This document shows positions 1 to 9,195 of a DNA stretch of 64,000 bases, piece by piece. This stretch comes from a virus (taxonomy: Duplodnaviria; Heunggongvirae; Uroviricota; Caudoviricetes): the IMG/VR virus record IMGVR_UViG_3300045988_003495, one strand, 5' to 3'. Numbering within the stretch: the stretch's first letter is position 1; every line of letters begins with the position of its first letter. The position numbers were made by a program, and so were the translations under genes. Below the pieces are notes generated by a model. The model saw nothing but the letters and a program-made list of their open reading frames with translations, was not told the origin of the DNA and searched no databases.

Positions 1-640
1 TACAGACCTTAACAAAATCTATCCAGTAGGTATTGTAACGTGGTTTAACAGTAACGTTAACCCTAATACAGCACTTCCTGGGCTAACTTGGACGTACCTG
101 AACAATGGTGTTGGCAGAACTGTCAGAATTGCAGCAGCAAACGGTTCAGATGTTGCTACAACCGGTGGTTCAGATTCTGTGACGTTAGCTGTTGGTAACT
201 TACCATCACATACCCATAGTTTCTCTGCTACCACTTCATCTTTTGATTATGGTACGAAGGGAACTAATAGTATTGGTGGACACACTCACTCTGTAAGTGG
301 TACAACAAGTGCTGCTGGTAACCACGCTCACCACTTAGGTCTACTATTGGTTAATGGTGGTGATGCTTTGTACGGTTATACAACCGTTGGTAACAGTCTC
401 CCTAGAACACTTGACTGGCTTGACAGAAGGGACAATAAATTCCCTAACACTAACACAACTGGTAACCATACACATACATGGTCTGGTACTACAAGCGGTG
501 CTGGTAACCATTCCCACTCTGTAGGTATCGGTGCTCACACTCATACAGTTAGTGGTAACACAGGTGGTACTGGTTCTGGTTCAGCATTTAGTGTTACTAA
601 CCAGTTCTATAAGTTAATGGCTTGGGTAAGAACTGCTTAA
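1..640 (+). CDS. tail fibre protein, C-terminal part (5' end lies outside the window)
   Basis: Reading frame open from window start; collar-like segment [10 protein letters not shown]...LPGLTW followed by five G-x-H-x-H repeats (GHTHS, GNHAHH, GNHTHT, GNHSHS, GAHTHT) typical of phage tail-fibre tips. Confidence 0.6.
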   Translation, partial: TDLNKIYPVGIVTWFNSNVNPNTALPGLTWTYLNNGVGRTVRIAAANGSDVATTGGSDSVTLAVGNLPSHTHSFSATTSSFDYGTKGTNSIGGHTHSVSGTTSAAGNHAHHLGLLLVNGGDALYGYTTVGNSLPRTLDWLDRRDNKFPNTNTTGNHTHTWSGTTSGAGNHSHSVGIGAHTHTVSGNTGGTGSGSAFSVTNQFYKLMAWVRTA

Positions 641-647
641 TCCCTTG

Positions 648-676
648 TTGACTGATTGTTAAGATGGTGTTAATAT
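648..676 (+). promoter_or_regulatory. sigma70-type promoter (TTGACT-N17-TAATAT)
   Basis: -35 ttgact at 648-653, 17-nt spacer, -10 taatat at 671-676; upstream of 720..914. Confidence 0.5.
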
Positions 677-719
677 TCTTTATGGGTATTCTCACCATCT
701 TGGCTGATGAGGTGATTAA

Positions 720-914
720 ATGCCTACAATCCTAGCAATTCTTCTAAAAAATCTAGGTAGCTTCTTCTGGAAACTCATTTTATCCCTTCTAAGTGAATAC
801 ATGATTGAGAAAGTGTTCTTTAGGCTTGCAAGATACCTTGCGAGTAAAACAGACACACCTATTGATGATGAGTTCGTAGATAACTTAGAAAAAGCTTTTA
901 AGGGGGAGAAATAA
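720..914 (+). CDS. small membrane protein (hypothetical)
   Basis: ORF with hydrophobic N-terminus ILAILLKNLGSFFWKLILSLL. Confidence 0.35.
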   Translation: MPTILAILLKNLGSFFWKLILSLLSEYMIEKVFFRLARYLASKTDTPIDDEFVDNLEKAFKGEK

Positions 915-1286
915 ATGAAGTGGCTAGAGGAAGCTTTTAAAAATAATATTGGTGCAATTGTAGTTGGTATTTTTAGTGTTATTGGGATGTATACCACCAT
1001 GCAAGTCTCGGATGGTAAACAAGAAGTGTCTATCACAACAAAGTTACAACAGTTAGATAATTATTCCAAAAGTAACTATTCAGCTATTCGTGATTTACAG
1101 TCTGACATGAGATTGATTCAGCTAGGGATGGAGAACCAGAAAGTTCAGTTAGAGAATGTTAAGGGTGAAAACGCAAAACTTACCAAAACTCTTGATAAAT
1201 TCTCTGACAGTGTAAATAATCTGGCTCAATCAGTATCAGCCCTCCAAGCTATTACTGAGAAGAACACAAAGAATACTGAAAAATAA
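915..1286 (+). CDS. membrane-anchored coiled-coil protein (hypothetical)
   Basis: N-terminal TM segment IGAIVVGIFSVIGMY then heptad-rich Q/L/K region; start overlaps preceding stop. Confidence 0.4.
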   Translation: MKWLEEAFKNNIGAIVVGIFSVIGMYTTMQVSDGKQEVSITTKLQQLDNYSKSNYSAIRDLQSDMRLIQLGMENQKVQLENVKGENAKLTKTLDKFSDSVNNLAQSVSALQAITEKNTKNTEK

Positions 1287-1293
1287 AATTTTA

Positions 1294-1320
1294 AGGCTCC
1301 TTTTTACGGGAGCCTTTTTT
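1294..1320. terminator. bidirectional rho-independent terminator
   Basis: aggctcc / ggagcct stem with T-run, between convergent genes 915..1286 (+) and 1325..2224 (-). Confidence 0.6.
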
Positions 1321-1324
1321 GTTT

Positions 1325-2224
1325 CTACTTACCTACTGACAAAGGTGCTTCAATCTTTCCTGCATGTTGGTAGTTGTTAATGCCACCAATAAAATCACTT
1401 GCAGTAAGATGTTTTAAATCACTTAGGGTGTTAAGTTGCACACCAATCTCAAAAGTAGGTGCATGGAACTCTTTATTGTTCATCAGTTCATAAACCTGCT
1501 TCATATGGTTCTGATAAATCTGAGTATCACCAAAGACGCCTATCAAGTATCGTGGAGTGTATCCAGTCATCTTGCAAAGAACTTCCAGAATAAAACCATA
1601 GGATGCAATGTTAAACGGAAGTCCTAAAAAGGTGTCTACAGAACGTTGATACCATTGTAAATCTACTTCACCCTCGTTAGTGATATAAATCTGAAACAGA
1701 ACATGACAAGGTGCTAAAGCCATCGAGTTGGATGCAATATCTGCTGCATTCCAAGCATTAACAAGCATGTAACGGTCTGTGATATCACCTTTCATCTTCG
1801 TTACTAAGGTCTCTAACTGGTCTACAACACAACCATTATGGCCTTCAAAGTTTCTCCACTGAACCCCGTAGATTCTCCCACCTGCATCTTCTAACCAGTC
1901 TTGTTCAGAAGAATAGTTAGAGCTTAACCAACGTTTAAAATCATCTGACCAGATAGTCCAACGTTCCCCATCATTTTCACCCCAAGTACGGTAACGGAGT
2001 TCACCAAGTTTATTCTCACCATTCAGGAACCATAAAGCTTCCCCAATAACTTGCCGTGTAAACACCTGTTTAGATGTTAAGAGTGGGAAACCAGTTCTCA
2101 TATCAAAACGAAACTGTGGTGGAGCAAATGCAGAGATAACATCCCCAGTTCGTGTAGTACGCAGTTCACCAACGGATAAAACATGGTTCAGGATATTTTT
2201 GTAACTCAAATCAGCTTGTGACAT
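1325..2224 (-). CDS. thyA: thymidylate synthase
   Basis: 299 aa; catalytic-Cys motif ALAPCHVLFQIY and DLQWYQRSVDTFLGLPFNIASY characteristic of ThyA. Confidence 0.9.
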   Translation of the reverse strand: MSQADLSYKNILNHVLSVGELRTTRTGDVISAFAPPQFRFDMRTGFPLLTSKQVFTRQVIGEALWFLNGENKLGELRYRTWGENDGERWTIWSDDFKRWLSSNYSSEQDWLEDAGGRIYGVQWRNFEGHNGCVVDQLETLVTKMKGDITDRYMLVNAWNAADIASNSMALAPCHVLFQIYITNEGEVDLQWYQRSVDTFLGLPFNIASYGFILEVLCKMTGYTPRYLIGVFGDTQIYQNHMKQVYELMNNKEFHAPTFEIGVQLNTLSDLKHLTASDFIGGINNYQHAGKIEAPLSVGK

Positions 2225-2225
2225 A

Positions 2226-2771
2226 TCAAAAGTGTCCTTTTACTTGTGGAACATAAATCTCAAAGGTTGCTTTACCATCATCTGAGGGTCTTGACTGCAC
2301 CTTTGCAAATACACGGCTATCATACAGTTTATCGAAGAAGTTTTCAAAAGGTAAATACACAGTGGCCTCTTCAGTAACTTTATGGAAAACTGTATGGAAA
2401 ACTACACCAGCATACGGCAAAGCATTGACAAGAACACCTGCACCACCAATTACAAAGATATCTTCATCAATAGAGCTATCAAGATACTTCAAAAATGCTC
2501 CAAAGGACTCTTTACTAGCTTTAGCATACATTACATCATCTTTGTCAAAGTCTATACCCAAATATGGAACAGAGTTCGTTAAGACGAGGTTTGTACGTTC
2601 TGGTAATGGTTTACTACCCAGAGTCTTAAAAGTCTCATTACCCATCACTACTAAATTATCTTTAGTGAGCCTCTTGAACTCTTGCATATCCTGTTTATGT
2701 CGAGGCCACGGCATACCAGTTAGAGTACCAAACTCCCCATTTTCACCACTTGCAAAGATTAATTTAATCAT
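2226..2771 (-). CDS. dihydrofolate reductase
   Basis: 181 aa; N-terminal IKLIFASGENGEFGTLTGMPWP resembles DHFR NADPH/folate-binding region; adjacent to thyA as in T4-type phages. Confidence 0.8.
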   Translation of the reverse strand: MIKLIFASGENGEFGTLTGMPWPRHKQDMQEFKRLTKDNLVVMGNETFKTLGSKPLPERTNLVLTNSVPYLGIDFDKDDVMYAKASKESFGAFLKYLDSSIDEDIFVIGGAGVLVNALPYAGVVFHTVFHKVTEEATVYLPFENFFDKLYDSRVFAKVQSRPSDDGKATFEIYVPQVKGHF

Positions 2772-3028
2772 TTTGTAAATCCTCTCTTAATGAACCAGTT
2801 GATGACATTCTTCACAGCTTTATTACTATGGTAGATTAAGTGTGGTGTTGGTTGGTATGAACCATAAGCCCAGAAAGCAATGATTTCATTACACCCTGTG
2901 CATCGGGTACTTTCTTCAGCAATATGACCGTTGACTATTTCACTTACCTCACCTTGTAAGTCTGTACACCCACAATGTGGACAACGGATAGGTGTTCCAT
3001 CAGACTCATAGCAGTGTTCAATTTTCAT
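2768..3028 (-). CDS. zinc-ribbon protein (hypothetical)
   Basis: CPHCGC ... CTGC cysteine pairs. Confidence 0.4.
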   Translation of the reverse strand: MKIEHCYESDGTPIRCPHCGCTDLQGEVSEIVNGHIAEESTRCTGCNEIIAFWAYGSYQPTPHLIYHSNKAVKNVINWFIKRGFTK

Positions 3029-3544
3029 TTATTTAACCTCAAAAACTGGTTCAAGAACCAATATAAAATCTACACAGTCATCTTCTTCATCCAGAATACC
3101 ATCAAAGTTCTTAGGAACGAAGTCGAAGAGGCTCATAACAAAGCAGTCAGAAGTAACCCTGATAGTTCCTCCCATATTCTCTACAGTCAACACTGTACGA
3201 CTTTCTTTTACCTCTCTCAGAAGATTACTCACAAAGTCATCTAAGAAGTACTTCATCAGTGACTTAAAGCCTTTAGGGTAATCTGTACCAGAGTATGTTT
3301 CAATTTGAGGTACAAGCTTAACATTTATACTGGTCTTTGTTAAGAATGTGCTAGAGAACATGCTATCAGGTAACTTACAAACAGTCTTTCCAGTACCTTC
3401 ATGTTCAATCTCAACAAAACCAGCTTCGTCGCCACATGTAACTATTTTAAAAGATGCTTCATTCTCATACTGTGAAGCCATAAACTTTTTAAGCATCTCT
3501 TTAAGGAAATCTGCATGAGCATCTTGTAAGTAGATATCAATCAT
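3029..3544 (-). CDS. hypothetical protein
   Basis: 171-aa ORF in minus-strand operon, stop/start coupled to neighbours. Confidence 0.45.
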   Translation of the reverse strand: MIDIYLQDAHADFLKEMLKKFMASQYENEASFKIVTCGDEAGFVEIEHEGTGKTVCKLPDSMFSSTFLTKTSINVKLVPQIETYSGTDYPKGFKSLMKYFLDDFVSNLLREVKESRTVLTVENMGGTIRVTSDCFVMSLFDFVPKNFDGILDEEDDCVDFILVLEPVFEVK

Positions 3545-3557
3545 CGTTAATCACCTA

Positions 3558-3917
3558 TTATGGGAACAGACACTTAATGTCATCGTTTTTGAAAACGAAA
3601 CTTGTGTAGTTGTGACCATCAACATCTAGCCAAACAGCCTGAACATCTACACCATCAAGATTTTGGTAAAGCTCTTTGATGAAGTGGTCTTTTACAATCT
3701 GACTGCTAGTTGTTTCCAACTTAATGTTCGAGATTGCTGAACCAACAGCCATATAGCCCATGACACGTTTCTTCTCAGTATGCTTAATCTTACCATCTTT
3801 GTAAGCCATAATGAGATTGGAGAGAATCTTCACACCATAATACTTTTCAAGGTGAGTAGGGACACCATAAAAGCCTAATGCGAAGTTTTCAGAGTGGATA
3901 ATGTTTTCACGTTTCAT
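3558..3917 (-). CDS. hypothetical protein
   Basis: 119-aa ORF in minus-strand operon. Confidence 0.45.
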   Translation of the reverse strand: MKRENIIHSENFALGFYGVPTHLEKYYGVKILSNLIMAYKDGKIKHTEKKRVMGYMAVGSAISNIKLETTSSQIVKDHFIKELYQNLDGVDVQAVWLDVDGHNYTSFVFKNDDIKCLFP

Positions 3918-3918
3918 A

Positions 3919-4248
3919 TTAATCTGCCAACCTTAAATTAAAATTAACACCAAATTTTTCACATACTTCCAACATATACTCAAGGGAAACATTACCAGTG
4001 AGGTGGATTATGTTGGATACACGAGCTTGAGAGATGCCACAAATTTTAGCAACTTGCTCTTGAGAAAGACCTCTGGATTTAATCTCTCTCTTAAAACGAT
4101 GTGCAACGAAGTCTCTCATTTCGTCTACATCCATTGGACAAATATAACTCTCCATTTCAGCCTCTCTATCAGCCTCCCAATCATCTTGTGGAGCATAAGG
4201 GTCAAAAGCTTCATTCATCTTTCTTCTTCCGTTTGCGTGAAGTGTCAA
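3919..4248 (-). CDS. helix-turn-helix DNA-binding protein (XRE-like)
   Basis: C-terminal LSQEQVAKICGISQARVSNI resembles Cro/C1-type HTH. Confidence 0.5.
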   Translation of the reverse strand: MTLHANGRRKMNEAFDPYAPQDDWEADREAEMESYICPMDVDEMRDFVAHRFKREIKSRGLSQEQVAKICGISQARVSNIIHLTGNVSLEYMLEVCEKFGVNFNLRLAD

Positions 4249-4423
4249 TCAATGAATCTATGTTTGTAGCCCTAACCTTTTCACGTTCATCGTTAAGATA
4301 ATCATCAAGAGCCTTTTCAATCTGTGAATCATCTTGACAGATAACTGTAAAGACTGTAAAGCCGTCTGTATCGTCAATTATCTTACCATAACCGCTTCTG
4401 GGATGTAACTTTTTAAGAGCCAT
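4211..4423 (-). CDS. hypothetical protein
   Basis: 70-aa ORF, overlaps neighbours at both ends. Confidence 0.3.
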   Translation of the reverse strand: MALKKLHPRSGYGKIIDDTDGFTVFTVICQDDSQIEKALDDYLNDEREKVRATNIDSLIDTSRKRKKKDE

Positions 4424-4424
4424 A

Positions 4425-4808
4425 TCAAATACCTGTGCAGCTTCTGTTTTCTAAGAAATACTCAACACCGTACATAGCTTTTTGCATCAAATCTTCTTTA
4501 AACTGGATACGATGATTGAGCATCGCCTGTACATCAATATCATCATGGTGTTTCTCTTTAATATTTGCAGATTGCAGGAAATACTCTGCAAGAACGCGAT
4601 ATTGATAGTCAGTCACCTTATCAGTCATCTCTGTCAAAGACTCTTCAGAGATTGGTTTCAGTAGCTCACCATTAGCTAGAGCAACACCTTTTACAATCTG
4701 GCAAGTATCTTCTGGAACACCTGATAAGTCCACATTTGGAAGTTCTGTTGCATTGACTGGTAAATTCATTGCCATAACCATTGCAGCAGCTAATAAAATC
4801 TTTTTCAT
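4425..4808 (-). CDS. secreted/periplasmic protein (hypothetical)
   Basis: N-terminal signal peptide MKKILLAAAMVMAMNLPVNA; first gene after a minus-strand promoter. Confidence 0.5.
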   Translation of the reverse strand: MKKILLAAAMVMAMNLPVNATELPNVDLSGVPEDTCQIVKGVALANGELLKPISEESLTEMTDKVTDYQYRVLAEYFLQSANIKEKHHDDIDVQAMLNHRIQFKEDLMQKAMYGVEYFLENRSCTGI

Positions 4809-4841
4809 AATGACCTCAAAGTTATATTAAATTTTGTATTA

Positions 4842-4871
4842 CATTGAGTATAAAAATAAGCTATAACACCT
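4842..4871 (-). promoter_or_regulatory. sigma70-type promoter on minus strand
   Basis: minus-strand reading ttgacaag ... tatttt with about 17-18 nt spacing, upstream of 4425..4808. Confidence 0.35.
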
Positions 4872-4919
4872 GACTTGTCAACAGATTTTATAGCTTATTT
4901 GGCAGATTTTTTATAAGGC

Positions 4920-5290
4920 TACTGCCATCCTTCCATACCAAACCCTACAGCACCGGGCCAAACCCTACCGGACCGTGCCTAACCTGACCTTGCCGTACCT
5001 TACCAAACATCGCTTAAAAACCCTCTTAGAAGACGCTTAAGTGATGTAATCGAATTTTAATGTAGCTTCGATTAACTACCCATACCTCACCTTACTTAAC
5101 CGTACCGCACAGAACCACACCAAACCTAACACCACTTCTCATCACCTTATTAAAAACCCTGTTTAAAGACCTTTTAAAAAGATGAGTCTCATTTTAATGT
5201 AGATGAGACTAGCTACCCATACCCTACCAAACCTTGCCAAACCTTACCTCACCCAACTCCACCGAACCTTATTAAAAGACCCTCTTAAAG
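4920..5290. repeat. composite intergenic repeats with strongly G-depleted (CA-rich) plus strand
   Basis: units of TTAAAAACCCT...AAGAC, hairpin with conserved loop TTTTAATGTAG (stems aatcgaa/ttcgatt at ~5052-5078 and gagtctcat/atgagact at ~5183-5211), then CTACCCATACC plus CA-rich tract; inverted repeat catcgcttaa/ttaagtgatg at 5010-5048. Confidence 0.6.
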
Positions 5291-5291
5291 A

Positions 5292-5320
5292 CCTTTTAAA
5301 AAGGAGCCTCCGAAGAGGCT
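5292..5320 (-). terminator. rho-independent terminator for 5332..5772
   Basis: minus-strand agcctc-ttcg-gaggct hairpin followed by T-run. Confidence 0.6.
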
Positions 5321-5331
5321 ACCTAGTCAAC

Positions 5332-5772
5332 TTAGAAAGGTTTTCTACGTTGCTTGTTAATGTTAGCTTTCATAGCAGCTAAATGGTTTTGCTGTTCAAT
5401 CAGTCGTGAACGTTCTTGATGGCTAAGTGCCATAGTGTTCACATTCTCAATCGCTTGAGTGGCTTGCTTTAAAGCTCGACCAATCTTACCAGACATTTTA
5501 CGTTTTGCAATAGTTGCTTGATGCTTAGGTTCAACAACACGATAACCAACACCCATTGAAGCAACCAGATAAATCTTCTCTTCTTTAAGAAGCTTCTCAA
5601 TAAACTTCTCAAGTCGGTTTAGACGTGTAAGTGCATAAGCCTTCATTTCATCTTCGTACTTAACAATGTCACCTTGATAAGTTGGCTTCACAATACCTAA
5701 GAAGGTATCCATCTCAGAGTGTGATACAGTGTCGCCGTAACTAAACTTTGCTGCTAATGCTTTTGTATTCAT
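5332..5772 (-). CDS. hypothetical protein
   Basis: 146-aa ORF followed by its own terminator. Confidence 0.5.
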   Translation of the reverse strand: MNTKALAAKFSYGDTVSHSEMDTFLGIVKPTYQGDIVKYEDEMKAYALTRLNRLEKFIEKLLKEEKIYLVASMGVGYRVVEPKHQATIAKRKMSGKIGRALKQATQAIENVNTMALSHQERSRLIEQQNHLAAMKANINKQRRKPF

Positions 5773-5774
5773 AA

Positions 5775-6380
<606 letters not shown>

Positions 6381-6439
6381 TTAGTTGATTGTTAAGTTGT
6401 TTGTAAAGAACCCTCAACAGAAGACTCTTTAGAAACTTG

Positions 6440-6575
6440 GTAGATTTTTAACGTGGCTACTACCATCCACCCATACCTCACCTAACAACACCTAACAACA
6501 CAAAACTACACCCCACACCACCGCACCACACCAAACATCACTTAAAAAACCTCTTAGAAGACTCTTAAGTGATGC
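6440..6575. repeat. second copy of composite CA-rich element plus 10-bp perfect inverted repeat
   Basis: ctaccatccacccatacctcacc... G-depleted tract, then catcacttaa/ttaagtgatg hairpin at 6533-6571; same family as 4920-5290. Confidence 0.55.
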
Positions 6576-6639
6576 TGGTGAGTACCCGTTGGTTTATGCT
6601 GCTCAGTATACTCACCAAATTTTCTATGTCAACAACTTT

Positions 6640-7740
6640 TTATTCATAATCCCTAATAACGAGACCAACAGGGAACTGTAAAGACCCCTTACGAGTCATC
6701 TTCTGGAACTGAACCGTTAAAGGCTTCCCGATAAACTCTTCAGGATGTTCAGCAAGATACTGTTTTTTCTCATGAGTAGTCTTCCATGAGACATCTACAA
6801 AGACGTTAGGAAGAGTCTCTACAACGAACTTACCATGACCACGTTTATCAGTCTTTACACCAGTCACTTTAAACTCTTCAGTGTGCATCTTCTTGTGCTT
6901 AATCAAGAAGTATGAACGGTGACAACACTCATAGAAGGAGTCTTCAGAGATTGAACGGTACATTGCACCTTCAAACTTAGCTTCAACCCACTTATCATGA
7001 GCTTCATCAAACTCTTCCCAAGAATTTACACGGATAGTCTGTACAGGTACAACCCTGCAGGTATCTCCAAGCTCAACGAGAGGTGAACTATCAATAACTT
7101 CACGACGCTCAGGCCAAGATTTTGAATTGTCACAGATATCATACCAGTAGAATTTAAGAAGGTGACGGTCTGGATTGTCAGCATTCTTAATCATAGATAC
7201 AATATCTTCTAAGTCCCAACCATGAGCATAAATCTCACCATCAAAGTCTTCAACTTGTGGATGTAATTTAAGCAACAAAAGCAAATCTGGGATTAGTTCT
7301 GTTGGAACGTTGTAAACAGTATTCTCACGAGAATAAGCCGTAAAACTAACTGAATCAGCATCTCTTGAAATTCTACAACGGACACCATCAAGTTTTGGTT
7401 GAGCATCAGCAGGAAATTCCAAATACTTTGCATGACTAACCTTTGCAGCATCATGAGCAAGCTGTACACCTACCTTCTCAGTATTCTGTGCAGACTCTTT
7501 TGTGTAAGCATACCCTTTACGGTCAACTTGCTTTTTATACTTAGCAGCAACTTCAAAGAGAGCTTGCTGTTCAGCATTACGCTCATTCTTTTTACCGATG
7601 TTTTTCGGTTCTGCTGTATACTCTTCAAACATCATCTTGCCATTTTCTTTACCATAGGTTGTAACAACTTTGTCACCTACAGCAACACATGACCAAACGT
7701 TGAAGGAGCCATCTTTATTTTGTTTGTACAGAATTGTCAT
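6640..7740 (-). CDS. ATP-dependent DNA ligase
   Basis: 366 aa; adenylation motif I PKLDGVRCRI (KxDGxR) plus downstream EGAMYRS and FLIKHKK motifs; size matches T7-type ligases. Confidence 0.8.
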   Translation of the reverse strand: MTILYKQNKDGSFNVWSCVAVGDKVVTTYGKENGKMMFEEYTAEPKNIGKKNERNAEQQALFEVAAKYKKQVDRKGYAYTKESAQNTEKVGVQLAHDAAKVSHAKYLEFPADAQPKLDGVRCRISRDADSVSFTAYSRENTVYNVPTELIPDLLLLLKLHPQVEDFDGEIYAHGWDLEDIVSMIKNADNPDRHLLKFYWYDICDNSKSWPERREVIDSSPLVELGDTCRVVPVQTIRVNSWEEFDEAHDKWVEAKFEGAMYRSISEDSFYECCHRSYFLIKHKKMHTEEFKVTGVKTDKRGHGKFVVETLPNVFVDVSWKTTHEKKQYLAEHPEEFIGKPLTVQFQKMTRKGSLQFPVGLVIRDYE

Positions 7741-7943
7741 TTTCTCTTACCACCAATCTCTACGTCAATAACTTGAACATCACCAGCAACATCAAACTTA
7801 TGAATGATGCTCTCCACAGTGTAAGTCCAATCCTCAATGCGAACCAACTCACCTTCTCGTGGGACGATTGGGTTACGTTGAGCTACGGTTGTAGTGGAGT
7901 GAACAACATCATAACGATAGATATAGTTTACTAGGACTTCCAT
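7737..7943 (-). CDS. hypothetical protein
   Basis: 68-aa ORF. Confidence 0.4.
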   Translation of the reverse strand: MEVLVNYIYRYDVVHSTTTVAQRNPIVPREGELVRIEDWTYTVESIIHKFDVAGDVQVIDVEIGGKRK

Positions 7944-7952
7944 ACCTTTTCC

Positions 7953-8186
7953 TTAAAATGATAAGCCAACACTGATACGTTCACCCTTGAGGACTCCTGT
8001 ACGGTCTCTTGCAATCTTACCGTCAACAATAAGGATATGCGCAGACTTTAAAGATTCACTATTAAAACCTTTTACGAACTTACTAGGCATCACCACAATA
8101 AGCATCTCTTGAATCAACTCTGGAGTATAGCAATTGTCGTGAAGTTGTTGAATAACGTCTGCAAGTGTCATTTTTGATGTCTCCAA
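7953..8186 (-). CDS. hypothetical protein, paralog of 8374..8592
   Basis: shares motif DGKIARDRTGVLKGERI with GGKIAKDKTGYLKGERV of neighbour. Confidence 0.45.
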   Translation of the reverse strand: METSKMTLADVIQQLHDNCYTPELIQEMLIVVMPSKFVKGFNSESLKSAHILIVDGKIARDRTGVLKGERISVGLSF

Positions 8187-8377
8187 TACTCAATGTCAAT
8201 AAGTTCTTGTGCAATGCTTTTCAGATTACCTTTCAAGAAAACCTTCTCAGAACCTGAAAGAGATGAATTGTCAATTAACCTGTTCATTCTCTCAAACAAC
8301 TTCTGTTTACGGTTCTTGATAGTTTCCTTTGAAGCAGCTTTCATCATCGCTGCATGGGTTCTTCCACGGTGGCTCAT
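8168..8377 (-). CDS. hypothetical protein
   Basis: 69-aa basic ORF between the two paralogs. Confidence 0.35.
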   Translation of the reverse strand: MSHRGRTHAAMMKAASKETIKNRKQKLFERMNRLIDNSSLSGSEKVFLKGNLKSIAQELIDIEYWRHQK

Positions 8378-8592
8378 AGCAAATTCTCGATGTCTACACG
8401 TTCACCTTTTAAGTAGCCTGTCTTATCTTTTGCAATTTTGCCTCCAGCAATAAAGATATCTACTCTACGAAGAAATTCAGGACTTACCTTCAAATTTCTA
8501 GAACCACTGCAAAGAGCAATAAACATTCCTTCAATCTCTTTTTGAGAATAACCAGCACATTGCAACTGAACTTCAATCTCTGAAAGCGTCAT
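8374..8592 (-). CDS. hypothetical protein, paralog of 7953..8186
   Basis: conserved C-terminal K-D-K-T-G-Y-L-K-G-E-R motif. Confidence 0.45.
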   Translation of the reverse strand: MTLSEIEVQLQCAGYSQKEIEGMFIALCSGSRNLKVSPEFLRRVDIFIAGGKIAKDKTGYLKGERVDIENLL

Positions 8593-8643
8593 GTGACCTC
8601 CTATACAAGATATAGTATAAGGTACTCTTCCCTGAGCACCTTG

Positions 8644-9195
8644 TCAACTTAGTTTTGCAAACTCTCCGTGGAGTTTTATCGCAGCTTCACAGTAAGCTTT
8701 ATGGGCTTCTTCAGGTGTGTCAAACATACCAAGATGATAGTTTTTACCTTGTAAACGTATCATTGCTCGAAACCTTTTACTTATCTTCTGTACACCTTTT
8801 GGCAACCCAGATGGGGACTCTCTTGACCGATTGCAAGAGTTTTGTGAAGCTGTACAAACCCTTAAATTCAAGTACCTATTGTCCCAACCGTCCCCATTCT
8901 TATGGTCAACCTGTAAGGTTTTATCAGGTAGATATCCATCCATATACAAGATAACTAAACGATTTGCTTGGTAGCCCCTTCCATCAATCAGCAACTGAAC
9001 TGACTTGTGTCCATCAGTATTTGTTCTGTAGTTTCCAGCCCTCTTACCTCCAAATCTAGAGTTAAAGTTTGCATTACCTTCTCTAAACTTCCAAGTAAAG
9101 ACCCCTGTTTCGGGGTCGTAGTCCAATAGCTCCTTAAGACGAATTTCTGTAATCATTTCAACACCATCAATGTACTTCCAACCAGCTCTTACCAA
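8644..9195 (-). CDS. HNH homing endonuclease with AP2-type DNA-binding domain
   Basis: N-terminal YDPETGVFTWK, HNH core QVDHKNGDGWDNRYLNLRVCTASQN, C-terminal AP2-like GMFDTPEEAHKAY; paralogous to 18759..19250 and 32481..32972. Confidence 0.75.
   Translation of the reverse strand: MVRAGWKYIDGVEMITEIRLKELLDYDPETGVFTWKFREGNANFNSRFGGKRAGNYRTNTDGHKSVQLLIDGRGYQANRLVILYMDGYLPDKTLQVDHKNGDGWDNRYLNLRVCTASQNSCNRSRESPSGLPKGVQKISKRFRAMIRLQGKNYHLGMFDTPEEAHKAYCEAAIKLHGEFAKLS

Noticed and set aside
344-544. Antisense ORFs inside well-supported genes (e.g. 344..544, 1436..1627, 2362..2778, 5895..6173, 10727..11131, 11186..11575, 32077..32388, 34149..34676)
   Set aside because: Each lies opposite or inside a gene with clear homology-type motifs and coherent operon context; typical chance ORFs in AT-rich DNA.
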